64,000 bases of DNA from the UHGV virus genome UHGV-0213393, one strand, 5' to 3'. Every line of letters starts with the position of its first letter. Position 1 is the stretch's first letter. The notes under the pieces were generated by a model. It saw nothing but the letters and a program-made list of their open reading frames with translations. It had not been told where the DNA came from and did not search any database. The translations under genes and the position numbers were made by a program. This document shows positions 27,957 to 37,165 of the stretch, piece by piece. Source of the DNA: a virus.

Positions 27957-28839
27957 ATGGATTTCGTTTATGGATCTGGAAACCTATTTTCCGACCATTC
28001 TTTATCTCTGAAAATTTAAGATATTCAACAGCTTCCAAGTCTTTCATGGCTTTACGAATCACACTGTTCTGAACGCTAACCGATGATTTGAGGTTCAATC
28101 TGGCGCGAAGGCGCTCAATACTCACTGGCGCAGGGTTTGAAGGTAACGCTTCGAAAAACGTATAAAGCACCTTGGCTGTCTCTTTCCTGCCAAGTTTATC
28201 GAGCATTTTGAGCTTCAATATTCGCTTATAGTCAACGTAATACAACTCAGACAACTGCTTCTGCGGTTGGATTCTTATAATGTCATTTTCAGTATCAAGT
28301 TCACTAAATGCCAATAAATTCATCTGGATATAACGAACATGTTCTTTGCTGGTGGGCAAGTTGAACTTCAGCAACGTCTGCTGAATACGCGTTAGAGAGT
28401 CGCCAATGCTCTTGCGAAAAGCCTTGGACAGCCGCTTCCTTGGATAACCGCAACGATCCACAAATTCAGAGAATGTCAGGGTGATCACACCATCATTATC
28501 TGGTTTATAGTCAAACAATGCAGATGTAATGCCTATCCACACCTTAAAATCAGTATCCATATCCAGCCGTGGCCCATGAATCTCAATACCCTGATACCCT
28601 TCCTGCTCTACAATCTTCAGGCTGGACAGTTCTTCTGTCGCATCAGTGGAGTTAGTTAAACCGGCGTTCTTGCGACGTAAAGCAACACTGGTAGATTTCA
28701 ATGTGGGAACAAACACCCCAAGCCGCAACAAAGCTATCGGCTGAATAGTGCTATTATTGTTAGGCTTTAAGCTGTGGATTTCTCCGGTATTCCCTGATAT
28801 TTCCTCAACGTTCAGAAAGCCTTTTTTGTCATCTACCAT
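27955..28839 (-). CDS. repA: RepA iteron-binding replication initiator (P1/RepFIB-type)
   Basis: Flanked by iteron arrays; N-terminal STIQPIALLRLGVFVP resembles P1 RepA as I recall it. Confidence 0.8.
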   Translation of the reverse strand: MVDDKKGFLNVEEISGNTGEIHSLKPNNNSTIQPIALLRLGVFVPTLKSTSVALRRKNAGLTNSTDATEELSSLKIVEQEGYQGIEIHGPRLDMDTDFKVWIGITSALFDYKPDNDGVITLTFSEFVDRCGYPRKRLSKAFRKSIGDSLTRIQQTLLKFNLPTSKEHVRYIQMNLLAFSELDTENDIIRIQPQKQLSELYYVDYKRILKLKMLDKLGRKETAKVLYTFFEALPSNPAPVSIERLRARLNLKSSVSVQNSVIRKAMKDLEAVEYLKFSEIKNGRKIGFQIHKRNP

Positions 28840-28879
28840 CCTGTTATTTCCTTGATTGACGGGGCTTTATAGCCAAATG

Positions 28880-29130
28880 AAAGATACTTATCCACAGCCG
28901 TCTGAGGGCTGAGAGAATTATCGCATACAGTCAATGTTTATATCGCATATAGTCAACATTAAATCGCGTACAGTCAACATTAAATCGCACATAGTCAACA
29001 TTAAATCGCACATAGTCAATGTTGATCTCCATTTAGGCCAGTGATGGCGCGGCTCGCAGCGATCCGGGATCTTCTTTGGATCTTACTGGTTCTCTTTGGG
29101 ATCTATTTATTGGATCTACCCTGTGGATAA
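28880..29130. other. oriR-like origin: DnaA box, five iterons, GATC cluster, second DnaA box
   Basis: TTATCCACA at about 28887; six GATC sites between about 29024 and 29115; TGTGGATAA at about 29121. Confidence 0.55.
28919..29024. repeat. incC-like iterons: five tandem 21-bp direct repeats (ATCGCACATAGTCAACATTAA consensus)
   Basis: Five contiguous units read directly from the sequence, immediately upstream of repA. Confidence 0.7.
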
Positions 29131-29203
29131 ATAGGTTAAAGTCAAAATCACACACTCCCTATCCTCCAGCCAAACGAGTACCGACTTTTCTGGAGGAATC
29201 CTT

Positions 29204-30023
29204 GAACATTCCCAAATTCCCATTACCTTCACAGCCTGAAATAGAAATTCAGTTTCATGCACCTACTGTGAAAGATGCCCTGAAATATTCAGACATCAAT
29301 CCGGCAGAAGACGAGGCAACCACAACAGAATACCTCAACGCCATGCAAGATGGCGAAATTAACGACAGCTCAAACTGGACAGTTCAGGATCGCAGAACCG
29401 CGCTATGGTGGATCTTTGTCAATTCCAGACCAGATGCCGTAATGACTTACTCATACGAGTGTGGTCACTGTGGAAACGTTCATCACGCAGATATTAACCT
29501 TTCAGACCTTGCCGAAACGGTAGAAATCCTGACTGTCCCGCCGTTTATTAAAACTATGGTCCCTATAAACGGAGTACCAACCGAGTGGACGCTTAAACCA
29601 CTAACAGGGAAAGGCGCTGAATTGCTTGAACGTATGCGCGCCACTTTGCCTGATATGAAAACTCCAGAGTACAGTGCTGAGGTTGCTCGTCTCCGCATAG
29701 CTGAGTTGGCCTTGTGTACATCTCTGAACGACGATCCAGAAGACTTCACACAAGCTGCAAACAGACGATTCGATATCATTGAAAACATGGCACTGGAAAC
29801 CGAGTTTACCCCTCTGGTAGCTCGCATTCAGCTCATGCAGAAAGACCTTCGCCACGGCTTAAAAATGGCTATTGAACGAGGCACAAGCCGCCTGATCCTA
29901 CCGCCACAACGCTGCAAAAACGCTAAGGAGGGTGCAGACGTGACTACCACGCTGTACGCCCCATTTCTCAATAGAGAGTTTATCCCATCAATTAGATCTG
30001 AATGGATGGCTAACCATTATTAA
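29204..30023 (+). CDS. hypothetical protein with CxxC pair
   Basis: Track ORF starts at 29076 inside the origin; the likely start is the TTG after GGAGGA RBS at about 29204. Confidence 0.35.
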
Positions 30024-30077
30024 TAACCTGACGTTATACGGCTACCAGCCAGTTAGTGACGTTGAACAATTACCGCA

Positions 30078-33000
30078 GTGGCGGGCACTCCATATGGAAA
30101 AAGCACTGGAAGAGAAATACAAAGCCCACGCCAAAAAAACAGGGTGATCACCGCCGATGTAAGTGAGGTTATTTTGAACGATAAAAAAGACCGAATAGCG
30201 ATAATCGACGCAATACAAACGGCAAACGCGAAAGAGCTAGCTGCGCTTTCAGAAATAAAAAAAGCACTTGAGTCTTACGGACGCAATCCTGATACCAGCG
30301 ACGCACCACAAGGACGCGTAAGTCGTCGCCTGGCCCGAACAGGGAAAGCAGGGGCGCAACGCAACAGTTTCACACAGGGGCCGTATAAAGACCGGCTCCC
30401 TACCAGGAAACAGAGATTACGTATAAACAACACTAGCGAGATAGATAATCCGCAAAAAGCAGCAGCAGATCACCGCACCGCTCATTCGGAATCAAAAACA
30501 GCACCACTGGCTGAAGGCAAAGCCACGAAGTCATCGCCAGAGCGCATTCAGTTGCTCACTCCTGACATTCAGCCTGCAAGGCAAGAACAACCAGTTAGAG
30601 AAAGCCAGAGCACCTCTGGTGCACCGTTACGGGATAGCAACGGACGATTTGCCTCTCAGAAAAAAAACGAGGATCTCGCACGCCAGAATGAGCTACGCGC
30701 ACAGGCAAAACTACAGGTTGGGTTCCTGCGAAAACTCGGTTCCATTATGGGGGTTGATGGTTCAGGGAAAGCCGACGATGGAGCTGTAACCGATGCTGCC
30801 GGGGTAGGGGCTGGTGGTCCACTATGGATGGCAGCACGGGGCGTATTTGATATCAGCCGCGAGATTACTGGTAAGGCTAAATCATTGAAAGAATGGATAG
30901 ATAATGGCAACGATAAAGCGGCTGGCGCACCGGTGGTCGCAAAAGCCCCCGCCATTACTTACCCGGCACCTGACAATGAAAGGAAGACTCCAGATAACGC
31001 GCCCGGTTCAGCAAAGGCATTTACTGAAGCCGTTAAAGAAAAATCTGTACGTGCGATCGAAGAACAAACGAAAGTTCTTCAACGCAACGACAGCCAGATA
31101 ATTGATGAGCTGGAAACTGTATCCGAAGAGATCCGGAAACTACGAAAGTCGCAGGAGAGTGGGCTAAAACTGAGCGACCTCCTCGGCGGTGGCAGATTAC
31201 GTTCCAAAATATCCCCTACACGCGGTCGTAGCAGTGCACGTGGTGGCAACACGGGCCGCACTGGAGACAGTAAAGAAAACAAGGGCAAGAAGGGAAAAAA
31301 CACCAGCAAACCTACTGAGACGGGCAGGAGTCAGGAAGGCAAAGAGGGGAAAAAAAATCAGCCAGGCAAAAACAACAGTGCGGGCGAGGAAAAAAATCGG
31401 ACAAAAAATGCTGGTGGGAACGAGGGTAGTACCTCACCAAAATCATCGGGTGATAAATCTTCAGTTAAAACCAGAGCAGGTAAGGTCACTGAAGAAAGCG
31501 TAGCCAAAACGGCGGCTGGTGGAGCGGCAGGGAAAGACGCTGGTAAAGCGGCAACTTCCGCTGGGGAAAGCCTTACCAGGAAAGAGGCGGGTAAGGTTGC
31601 CGTTGCCACTGGTGAAAACATCGCGAAAAAAGAAGCTGGAAAAGTGGCTCTCAAAGCTGCCGGAGGTGTTGCCGCAAGGGCCGGATTCAGGGCGATTCCA
31701 GTCATCGGCCAGGTGGCTATGGTTGGTTATGATGCCGTAGACGGCTACAGCGACACAGAAGCGCAGAGGGCGACTTATAACCTGAAGGAAGGGCAGGACG
31801 TTACAACACAGCAAAAGAGCGCCTACGCCGCTGCTAACGTCCTGGATATGGGCGGTCTGGTGACGGGAGCGGCTAACCTCATTGGCGAGGGGATGTCCGC
31901 GCTAGGCTTTGAAGGTGTCGGACAAAAACTTCAGAGTCTTGATACCAGCAATATCGCTCGCGGCATAAATAGTTCTATCGACGCGTCGAAGAACGCATTC
32001 AGCAGCCTAAAAGAATCGTTCTCATCAAGCAGCGAAGGCACTGCGCAGGTTAAGAAAGCCGTTGAAGATGGCACCAAGCAAACGGTAGCCGCAATTAATG
32101 ATCTGGCCCGACAGCTACAGGGCGGGCGCAGAGGTGAGGATGGCGTGGGTGAACACGGCTACAAATCGCCAGACGAATTTAAAGCGCCTGAAAAAAATAC
32201 AATAACGACTGATCTGAATATAGGCGGAAGCAACGCCAAGAACAGGAATTACCGGAATAACAACCTGGGGAACCTGGTTTTTGCAAATCAGGAGGGGGCG
32301 GTACTGGAAGCGCCGAACGCGAAAGGCGAACAGCGTTTTGCGCGGTTTAATACGCCCGAAGAAGGGATTCGGGCATTGGCAAACCAGGTATCGAGTTATT
32401 ACAACGGTACAAGTGCTGCCGCTGGGTATCAGAAGCTGCAAACAGTATCCAGCATCATTTCAAAATGGGCACCACCAACAGAGAACAACACCAATCAGTA
32501 CATTGAAAACGTCAGCAAATATCTAGGGGTATCCCCCAACGATAAAATAGACGTTAGCAACCCTGAAGTTATGACGCACCTTGTTCGCGCTATTGCGACG
32601 AAGGAGGGGGGTAACCCGGCGGTTAACAACAATTTCATCAAAACAGCTCTTGGTTCATTCAACGCTAAAACTGGGCGTTGGGAAGGGCAATTCAATGATG
32701 AAACGCTGGAACACATTAATAAAATCCAGAAGGAAAAGGGCGGTCCTCTAATCGCTCGCAACTCCCAATATAGTGTCGGTAGCAAAGTCAAATACGCCAA
32801 CGGCTCATCTTCTGCTATTCCTGCGTCAAGCGTAGCCCAGGCTGTAATGCCTAGCCCTACTGACGTGGTTCAACACGCACAGGCAGCTAAAAAACCGAAG
32901 GCAGCTCAACAGGAAAATGCCCAAGCGATCAGCCACGCGAAAGCTAGTGGCAATTCTTCCGCCGCAGCCGGATTGACGGAGCGGTTAATGAGTGCAGACG

Positions 33001-33941
33001 GTGTTGGGGGCGTCATCGCCGGGATAGTTGGGGGAGATCCCAATATGGGGCTAAATCTCGGCCCTGTCAGTTCTCCGGAAGAGATGTCCTCGTTAGCAGC
33101 AAAAGCCAAGCAATTGGATAAGTTTCTTGTTGAAAAAATATCCAGAGCAACGGGCAAAAACTTTAGTTTCCAGAAGGCGGAACAGATCGCCGATATCACT
33201 ACGGCTATACAGCAAAAGCGCAACGTTAACCGCGATACAGAAACCATTGGCCTGCTTCCGGAGAGTCCGGCAACCATCAGCGAGAAGCGTGCCACATCGA
33301 CACCGGCGGGTGTGCAGATGTACGACAACGGCTACAAGGTGGTTGAAGGTGAGGACAGGGGCTTCTTTGGCTCGCTATTTGATTCAACTGTGTCAGGGCT
33401 TAACCAGGTAGGCTCCGCCGTCCTCCCCGCCGTTGGAGATAACCTCTCGCGACTTGTGGGCGGTATTGATAGCACCGGAATGTTAAATGACTTTGTATTG
33501 CAGTCCTCTGGACAGAATACCGATGTTGCTCGCGCTATTAGTCCGTTAACAAGGAGTGTTGGCGGTTGGCTGAATGGTGGCATACAGAAAACGGCGGATA
33601 CGATCAGGGACACAACTGGCGCAATCAATCAAAGCCTGTTTGCTTCGGGCGTGGCTGCTAAAGAACCGTTCCTTGCAATGCCTCCGCAGCTACCAATCGT
33701 CACGGACCTCGCACGAAGCGGAATAAGGCAGATGCTAACAACAGATACCGCAAATAACGATCCGGCTATGTTGAAAGCACTGGAGAACGTTTATTCCGTT
33801 CTTAAAGAGATTCTTGGCGTAAGCAAAGACAACCGCAAAGGCGATCAGGACAAAGTTGTGAACACATCACAACCACAACCTCGTCAGCGTGCCAGCACGA
33901 CTATCAATGACCCATCTCTTGACAAATTACTGGAGGATTAA
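30078..33941 (+). CDS. large virion protein (tape-measure or injected protein candidate) with Lys/Gly-rich low-complexity centre
   Basis: 1287 aa immediately upstream of the baseplate genes; KEAGKVA repeated three times; start uncertain. Confidence 0.5.
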   Translation: MAGTPYGKSTGREIQSPRQKNRVITADVSEVILNDKKDRIAIIDAIQTANAKELAALSEIKKALESYGRNPDTSDAPQGRVSRRLARTGKAGAQRNSFTQGPYKDRLPTRKQRLRINNTSEIDNPQKAAADHRTAHSESKTAPLAEGKATKSSPERIQLLTPDIQPARQEQPVRESQSTSGAPLRDSNGRFASQKKNEDLARQNELRAQAKLQVGFLRKLGSIMGVDGSGKADDGAVTDAAGVGAGGPLWMAARGVFDISREITGKAKSLKEWIDNGNDKAAGAPVVAKAPAITYPAPDNERKTPDNAPGSAKAFTEAVKEKSVRAIEEQTKVLQRNDSQIIDELETVSEEIRKLRKSQESGLKLSDLLGGGRLRSKISPTRGRSSARGGNTGRTGDSKENKGKKGKNTSKPTETGRSQEGKEGKKNQPGKNNSAGEEKNRTKNAGGNEGSTSPKSSGDKSSVKTRAGKVTEESVAKTAAGGAAGKDAGKAATSAGESLTRKEAGKVAVATGENIAKKEAGKVALKAAGGVAARAGFRAIPVIGQVAMVGYDAVDGYSDTEAQRATYNLKEGQDVTTQQKSAYAAANVLDMGGLVTGAANLIGEGMSALGFEGVGQKLQSLDTSNIARGINSSIDASKNAFSSLKESFSSSSEGTAQVKKAVEDGTKQTVAAINDLARQLQGGRRGEDGVGEHGYKSPDEFKAPEKNTITTDLNIGGSNAKNRNYRNNNLGNLVFANQEGAVLEAPNAKGEQRFARFNTPEEGIRALANQVSSYYNGTSAAAGYQKLQTVSSIISKWAPPTENNTNQYIENVSKYLGVSPNDKIDVSNPEVMTHLVRAIATKEGGNPAVNNNFIKTALGSFNAKTGRWEGQFNDETLEHINKIQKEKGGPLIARNSQYSVGSKVKYANGSSSAIPASSVAQAVMPSPTDVVQHAQAAKKPKAAQQENAQAISHAKASGNSSAAAGLTERLMSADGVGGVIAGIVGGDPNMGLNLGPVSSPEEMSSLAAKAKQLDKFLVEKISRATGKNFSFQKAEQIADITTAIQQKRNVNRDTETIGLLPESPATISEKRATSTPAGVQMYDNGYKVVEGEDRGFFGSLFDSTVSGLNQVGSAVLPAVGDNLSRLVGGIDSTGMLNDFVLQSSGQNTDVARAISPLTRSVGGWLNGGIQKTADTIRDTTGAINQSLFASGVAAKEPFLAMPPQLPIVTDLARSGIRQMLTTDTANNDPAMLKALENVYSVLKEILGVSKDNRKGDQDKVVNTSQPQPRQRASTTINDPSLDKLLED

Positions 33942-33946
33942 GACCG

Positions 33947-34321
33947 ATGCTTTATGAGATTGATGCCCGCCTTCAGACAAACGAGAGCGGGGTGGTAATC
34001 GCTGAAGGCGACACAAACGCCTGGATAGCCCGACTCGATGAATGGCTACGGACACCAAATGGCAGCGTTTACGGATTGCCGTCATGGGGGAATCCGATGG
34101 AGGAGTTCAAACACGAACCCTTCGGTTCTGATACGTCACACATTGTTGAAGTGGCGATTGAAGCGCGAATGATGACGAAGCTACAGCAGGACTTACCAGG
34201 GCTTGGACTCCAGGCGATCCGCTGCGCGACTGTCTCTGAAGACCAGTTACTAATTAGCTTCCAGGCAAAAGGAGGCACCGTGAATGTTGTTATGCAGAAA
34301 GATAGCGGAGATACAGCGTGA
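33947..34321 (+). CDS. baseplate protein (gpW/gp25-like)
   Basis: About 124 aa directly preceding a J-like baseplate gene, translationally coupled. Confidence 0.5.
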   Translation: MLYEIDARLQTNESGVVIAEGDTNAWIARLDEWLRTPNGSVYGLPSWGNPMEEFKHEPFGSDTSHIVEVAIEARMMTKLQQDLPGLGLQAIRCATVSEDQLLISFQAKGGTVNVVMQKDSGDTA

Positions 34322-35748
34322 GTATTACCGAATTACTGGACAAGTTTAATGCCAAGCTGAACGAAAACCCCTGGTGGGCGCGATTTGTAAACAGCCAGTT
34401 TATTCAAATGCAGTCCGTTTTGGGCGCGCAGATTGTTTATATTGCGCGTACATTTGCAAGCCGTGCACTTACAGAAGGATTCATTTCCACCGCGACGCGT
34501 AGAGCAAGTATTCTCGCGGCAGCGGAAGACCGTGGCTATGTCGGTCGTTTGGTCGATGCGTCATACGGCACTGTTTCCATCACCAACAAAACCGACAGGG
34601 ATATTACTCTACCCGGAGGGGCTGAATTACTGACAAGTGACCAGACACCAATTGCAACCAGCAGTAGTGTTGTTATCCCTGCTGGTGAAACAGTACCCGG
34701 CATAGAAGTAAAACAGCATGAAGCAGTCAGCGTAACGTTCGACGTGGTGCAAGAAACACCATTCTTGACGCTGTTACTTTCCCGTGAGTTAACAGCAGAA
34801 GTCGCCAGCCTGGAAGTTGTCGTGATAACTAATGGTGTCGAGGAAAAATGGACACATAACCCCCTGTTCCGCATGTCCAGGGATAACAGTAAACATTATG
34901 TGTTGGTTTATAAGCCGACAGAACAGATCGGCGTGCGCTTCGGTGATGGATCAATGGGGATGATGCCAGCGGCAGGGAGTCAGGTACGCATTGATATTAT
35001 GGCAAGCCTCGGTGATTACACGCTGGCTGAAGGCCAGAAACTTGAACCAGCAGGGAACATCTCCGGGTATGTCGAATCACTGGAAGTAAAAACCGATTCG
35101 ATCATTTCTGGCGGTGGTGGCATGGAAACTACCGAGGAAACCCGAAACAGGGCGCAGTATTATGTGGCCTACGATGAGCAGGTTGTTTGGGGCGGTGATT
35201 ACCGCCAGTTCATTCAGAACGTGGTCAGTGGCACGTCATGGCTTAACGTGTGGGGGGAGGCGCTACAGGAGAAAATCACGGGCTTTGATGTGCGTAATAT
35301 CAACAAAATTTTCTTTTGTGGGCACAAGCCCGGCGTAACACAGGAAGCTCTGAAAACAGAGATATTATCAGCCCTTGAGAGTATCCCTAATGAGCTGAAT
35401 AAGAAGTTCGAATACGTCGCCACCAATGAACAGCCGTTCAACATCAAATTTACCGGTATCGTAAAAAAGAGTGTGCTGGTGGATGACGCGCTAACTGCAA
35501 TTAAAGCGGCACTGGAGGAGAACTTCGGTAAAGACTCCATGTCATTTAGCCAGCTATTGCAGAGTGATGACGACTCACAGCAATGTTATGCACAGGTCAA
35601 AGTAAAAGATATCTGGCGAGTAATCGAATCGCTGGATATGTTCCTGTCTTATGACGTGGCTACGCAGAACATGAAAGAAGCAGTGTACTTTAATGATTTT
35701 GTTTATCTGGACGTGGAATCATCAACGTTCAGCATAACCTATCCGTAA
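34318..35748 (+). CDS. baseplate J-like protein
   Basis: 476 aa following the gpW-like gene; canonical myovirus order. Confidence 0.5.
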   Translation: MSITELLDKFNAKLNENPWWARFVNSQFIQMQSVLGAQIVYIARTFASRALTEGFISTATRRASILAAAEDRGYVGRLVDASYGTVSITNKTDRDITLPGGAELLTSDQTPIATSSSVVIPAGETVPGIEVKQHEAVSVTFDVVQETPFLTLLLSRELTAEVASLEVVVITNGVEEKWTHNPLFRMSRDNSKHYVLVYKPTEQIGVRFGDGSMGMMPAAGSQVRIDIMASLGDYTLAEGQKLEPAGNISGYVESLEVKTDSIISGGGGMETTEETRNRAQYYVAYDEQVVWGGDYRQFIQNVVSGTSWLNVWGEALQEKITGFDVRNINKIFFCGHKPGVTQEALKTEILSALESIPNELNKKFEYVATNEQPFNIKFTGIVKKSVLVDDALTAIKAALEENFGKDSMSFSQLLQSDDDSQQCYAQVKVKDIWRVIESLDMFLSYDVATQNMKEAVYFNDFVYLDVESSTFSITYP

Positions 35749-35757
35749 GAGGTCACA

Positions 35758-36600
35758 ATGCAGAATAACTGGCTAAAAGAGCGTCTGACGCAATTTAAAC
35801 AGGACTCTAAATTGTGGGCTGCCTTTGTTGATACGATTCAGGACGTGTGGAATGAATCGGTTGAACCTATTCTCACGCGAATAAGCAACCGTAAATCGTT
35901 TTTCACAATGGCAAGCGAGGATATGGACACTCGCATTGCTGAATATGGTCGTTTCTTTGTTATCACAGAAACGGACAAAACACGCAGGCCAATGCTATTA
36001 GCTCAACGACTGGATGAGGTGCACTTCAAAGGAACTGTAAGGCCGATAGAGCAAACGTTCTGGCGTGAATTTGGCACAATTCCCGTCTCATGGGAACCCT
36101 TGTATGCGCCAGTCGATATAGAAAAACATCCCTATGGATCATTCTTCGCGACCGCAAATGAAATACCGACCGCTCAGGCACAATATGGTGAGTTTTTCCT
36201 GACATCCAGGGGGCTGGTTGTCGTCAACCAAAATAAGCTGTATCGAGCTTATGATAGCGATGACAGAGACGTTGCTGTACAGAAGCTACTTGCTGATTTT
36301 GATACGGTTATAGCGCCGCTATTGCCATTGCATATCGTGTTTGATGGTGTTTCTTTCCAGTTGAGCGCAACATTGCCGGAAATGGCGGAGATCCTGAATT
36401 GCTTATCTGCGGAAGTGTCCTTTATTGAGGGGGTGTACACGACGCAAGAGATGGTCGATGAGCTATCTATTAGCGATACGATCATTCAAATCGGCGGCAT
36501 CCAGTTCGCAGGAAGGCCAGACCGGACGACGGAAAGAGTGCTTCATCTCGATGAACTCCCGCTCGACGCCTGGGCGCTGGATTATAATTTTGCACCTTAG
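35758..36600 (+). CDS. baseplate/tail protein
   Basis: Position between baseplate J-like gene and tail fibre gene. Confidence 0.4.
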   Translation: MQNNWLKERLTQFKQDSKLWAAFVDTIQDVWNESVEPILTRISNRKSFFTMASEDMDTRIAEYGRFFVITETDKTRRPMLLAQRLDEVHFKGTVRPIEQTFWREFGTIPVSWEPLYAPVDIEKHPYGSFFATANEIPTAQAQYGEFFLTSRGLVVVNQNKLYRAYDSDDRDVAVQKLLADFDTVIAPLLPLHIVFDGVSFQLSATLPEMAEILNCLSAEVSFIEGVYTTQEMVDELSISDTIIQIGGIQFAGRPDRTTERVLHLDELPLDAWALDYNFAP

Positions 36601-36716
36601 CAAACCAGGCCCCGCCAACCTGGGTGGGGCCATTTCTCAAAACAAAAGACCACTGGAAATCACAAACTGAACATACTGCCCTTCGATTTATTGCTTGTTA
36701 AAGGGGCTATGTTCGT

Positions 36717-37163
36717 ATGGCTGAAACTTTAAAATCCCAAAGCGATTCCAGTATTTACAAGGCGCAACTCCTTTCTTACTACTACTCTCGCCGTGCAGAG
36801 TCTGCAATCGGCAGAGGTGAGCGTTTTGTTATGACAAAGGCTTATTGGTGCAAGTCCGATCTTGTGACGGTAAATAGTGCTGGTGGCTGGACTATTTCTG
36901 ATATTCCGCTCGACTTCAAGTTAAGTGATGCACAGCATTTTGCTGAATCCAATCTCATTCTTTCCAGCCTCGATGGTGTCATTACGATTAATGCCGCTTT
37001 TCCACAAGAAACGATGCCGGACGATACACCTTACGATTTCAATACGCTGGTTCTCGTAGATGCAGAGGATCAGGCTTTTGGGGTTGTTTGTACTCAACAG
37101 GACACCTTATTCAAAGGTAAGCGATACAGCTTGCTCATGACCATTGAACAGGTCGAGGGATAA
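36717..37163 (+). CDS. hypothetical tail protein
   Basis: Coupled to the tail fibre gene (stop 37163, next start 37166). Confidence 0.4.
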   Translation: MAETLKSQSDSSIYKAQLLSYYYSRRAESAIGRGERFVMTKAYWCKSDLVTVNSAGGWTISDIPLDFKLSDAQHFAESNLILSSLDGVITINAAFPQETMPDDTPYDFNTLVLVDAEDQAFGVVCTQQDTLFKGKRYSLLMTIEQVEG

Positions 37164-37165
37164 TT

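Noticed and set aside
28919-29024. Tandem 21-bp direct repeats that could be mistaken for a CRISPR array
   Set aside because: Units are contiguous with no unique spacers, lie immediately upstream of repA, and match downstream iterons in inverted orientation; they are replicon iterons.
29076-29203. N-terminal 40 codons of the track ORF 29076-30023
   Set aside because: This stretch coincides with the GATC cluster and a DnaA box of the origin; the gene more likely starts at the TTG after GGAGGA near 29204.
30094-30150. A7 tract and short alternative-frame ORF (MEKALEEKYKAHAKKTG) at the 5' end of the 1287-aa gene as a programmed frameshift site
   Set aside because: The heptamer is not in the correct phase for -1 slippage from the short ORF, and the long ORF has its own in-frame ATG; I may also miscount homopolymers when reading by eye.
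31079-31814. Several minus-strand ORFs within the low-complexity region of the 1287-aa gene
   Set aside because: They arise from the repetitive Lys/Gly/Ala codon composition of the sense strand; no RBS or motif support.
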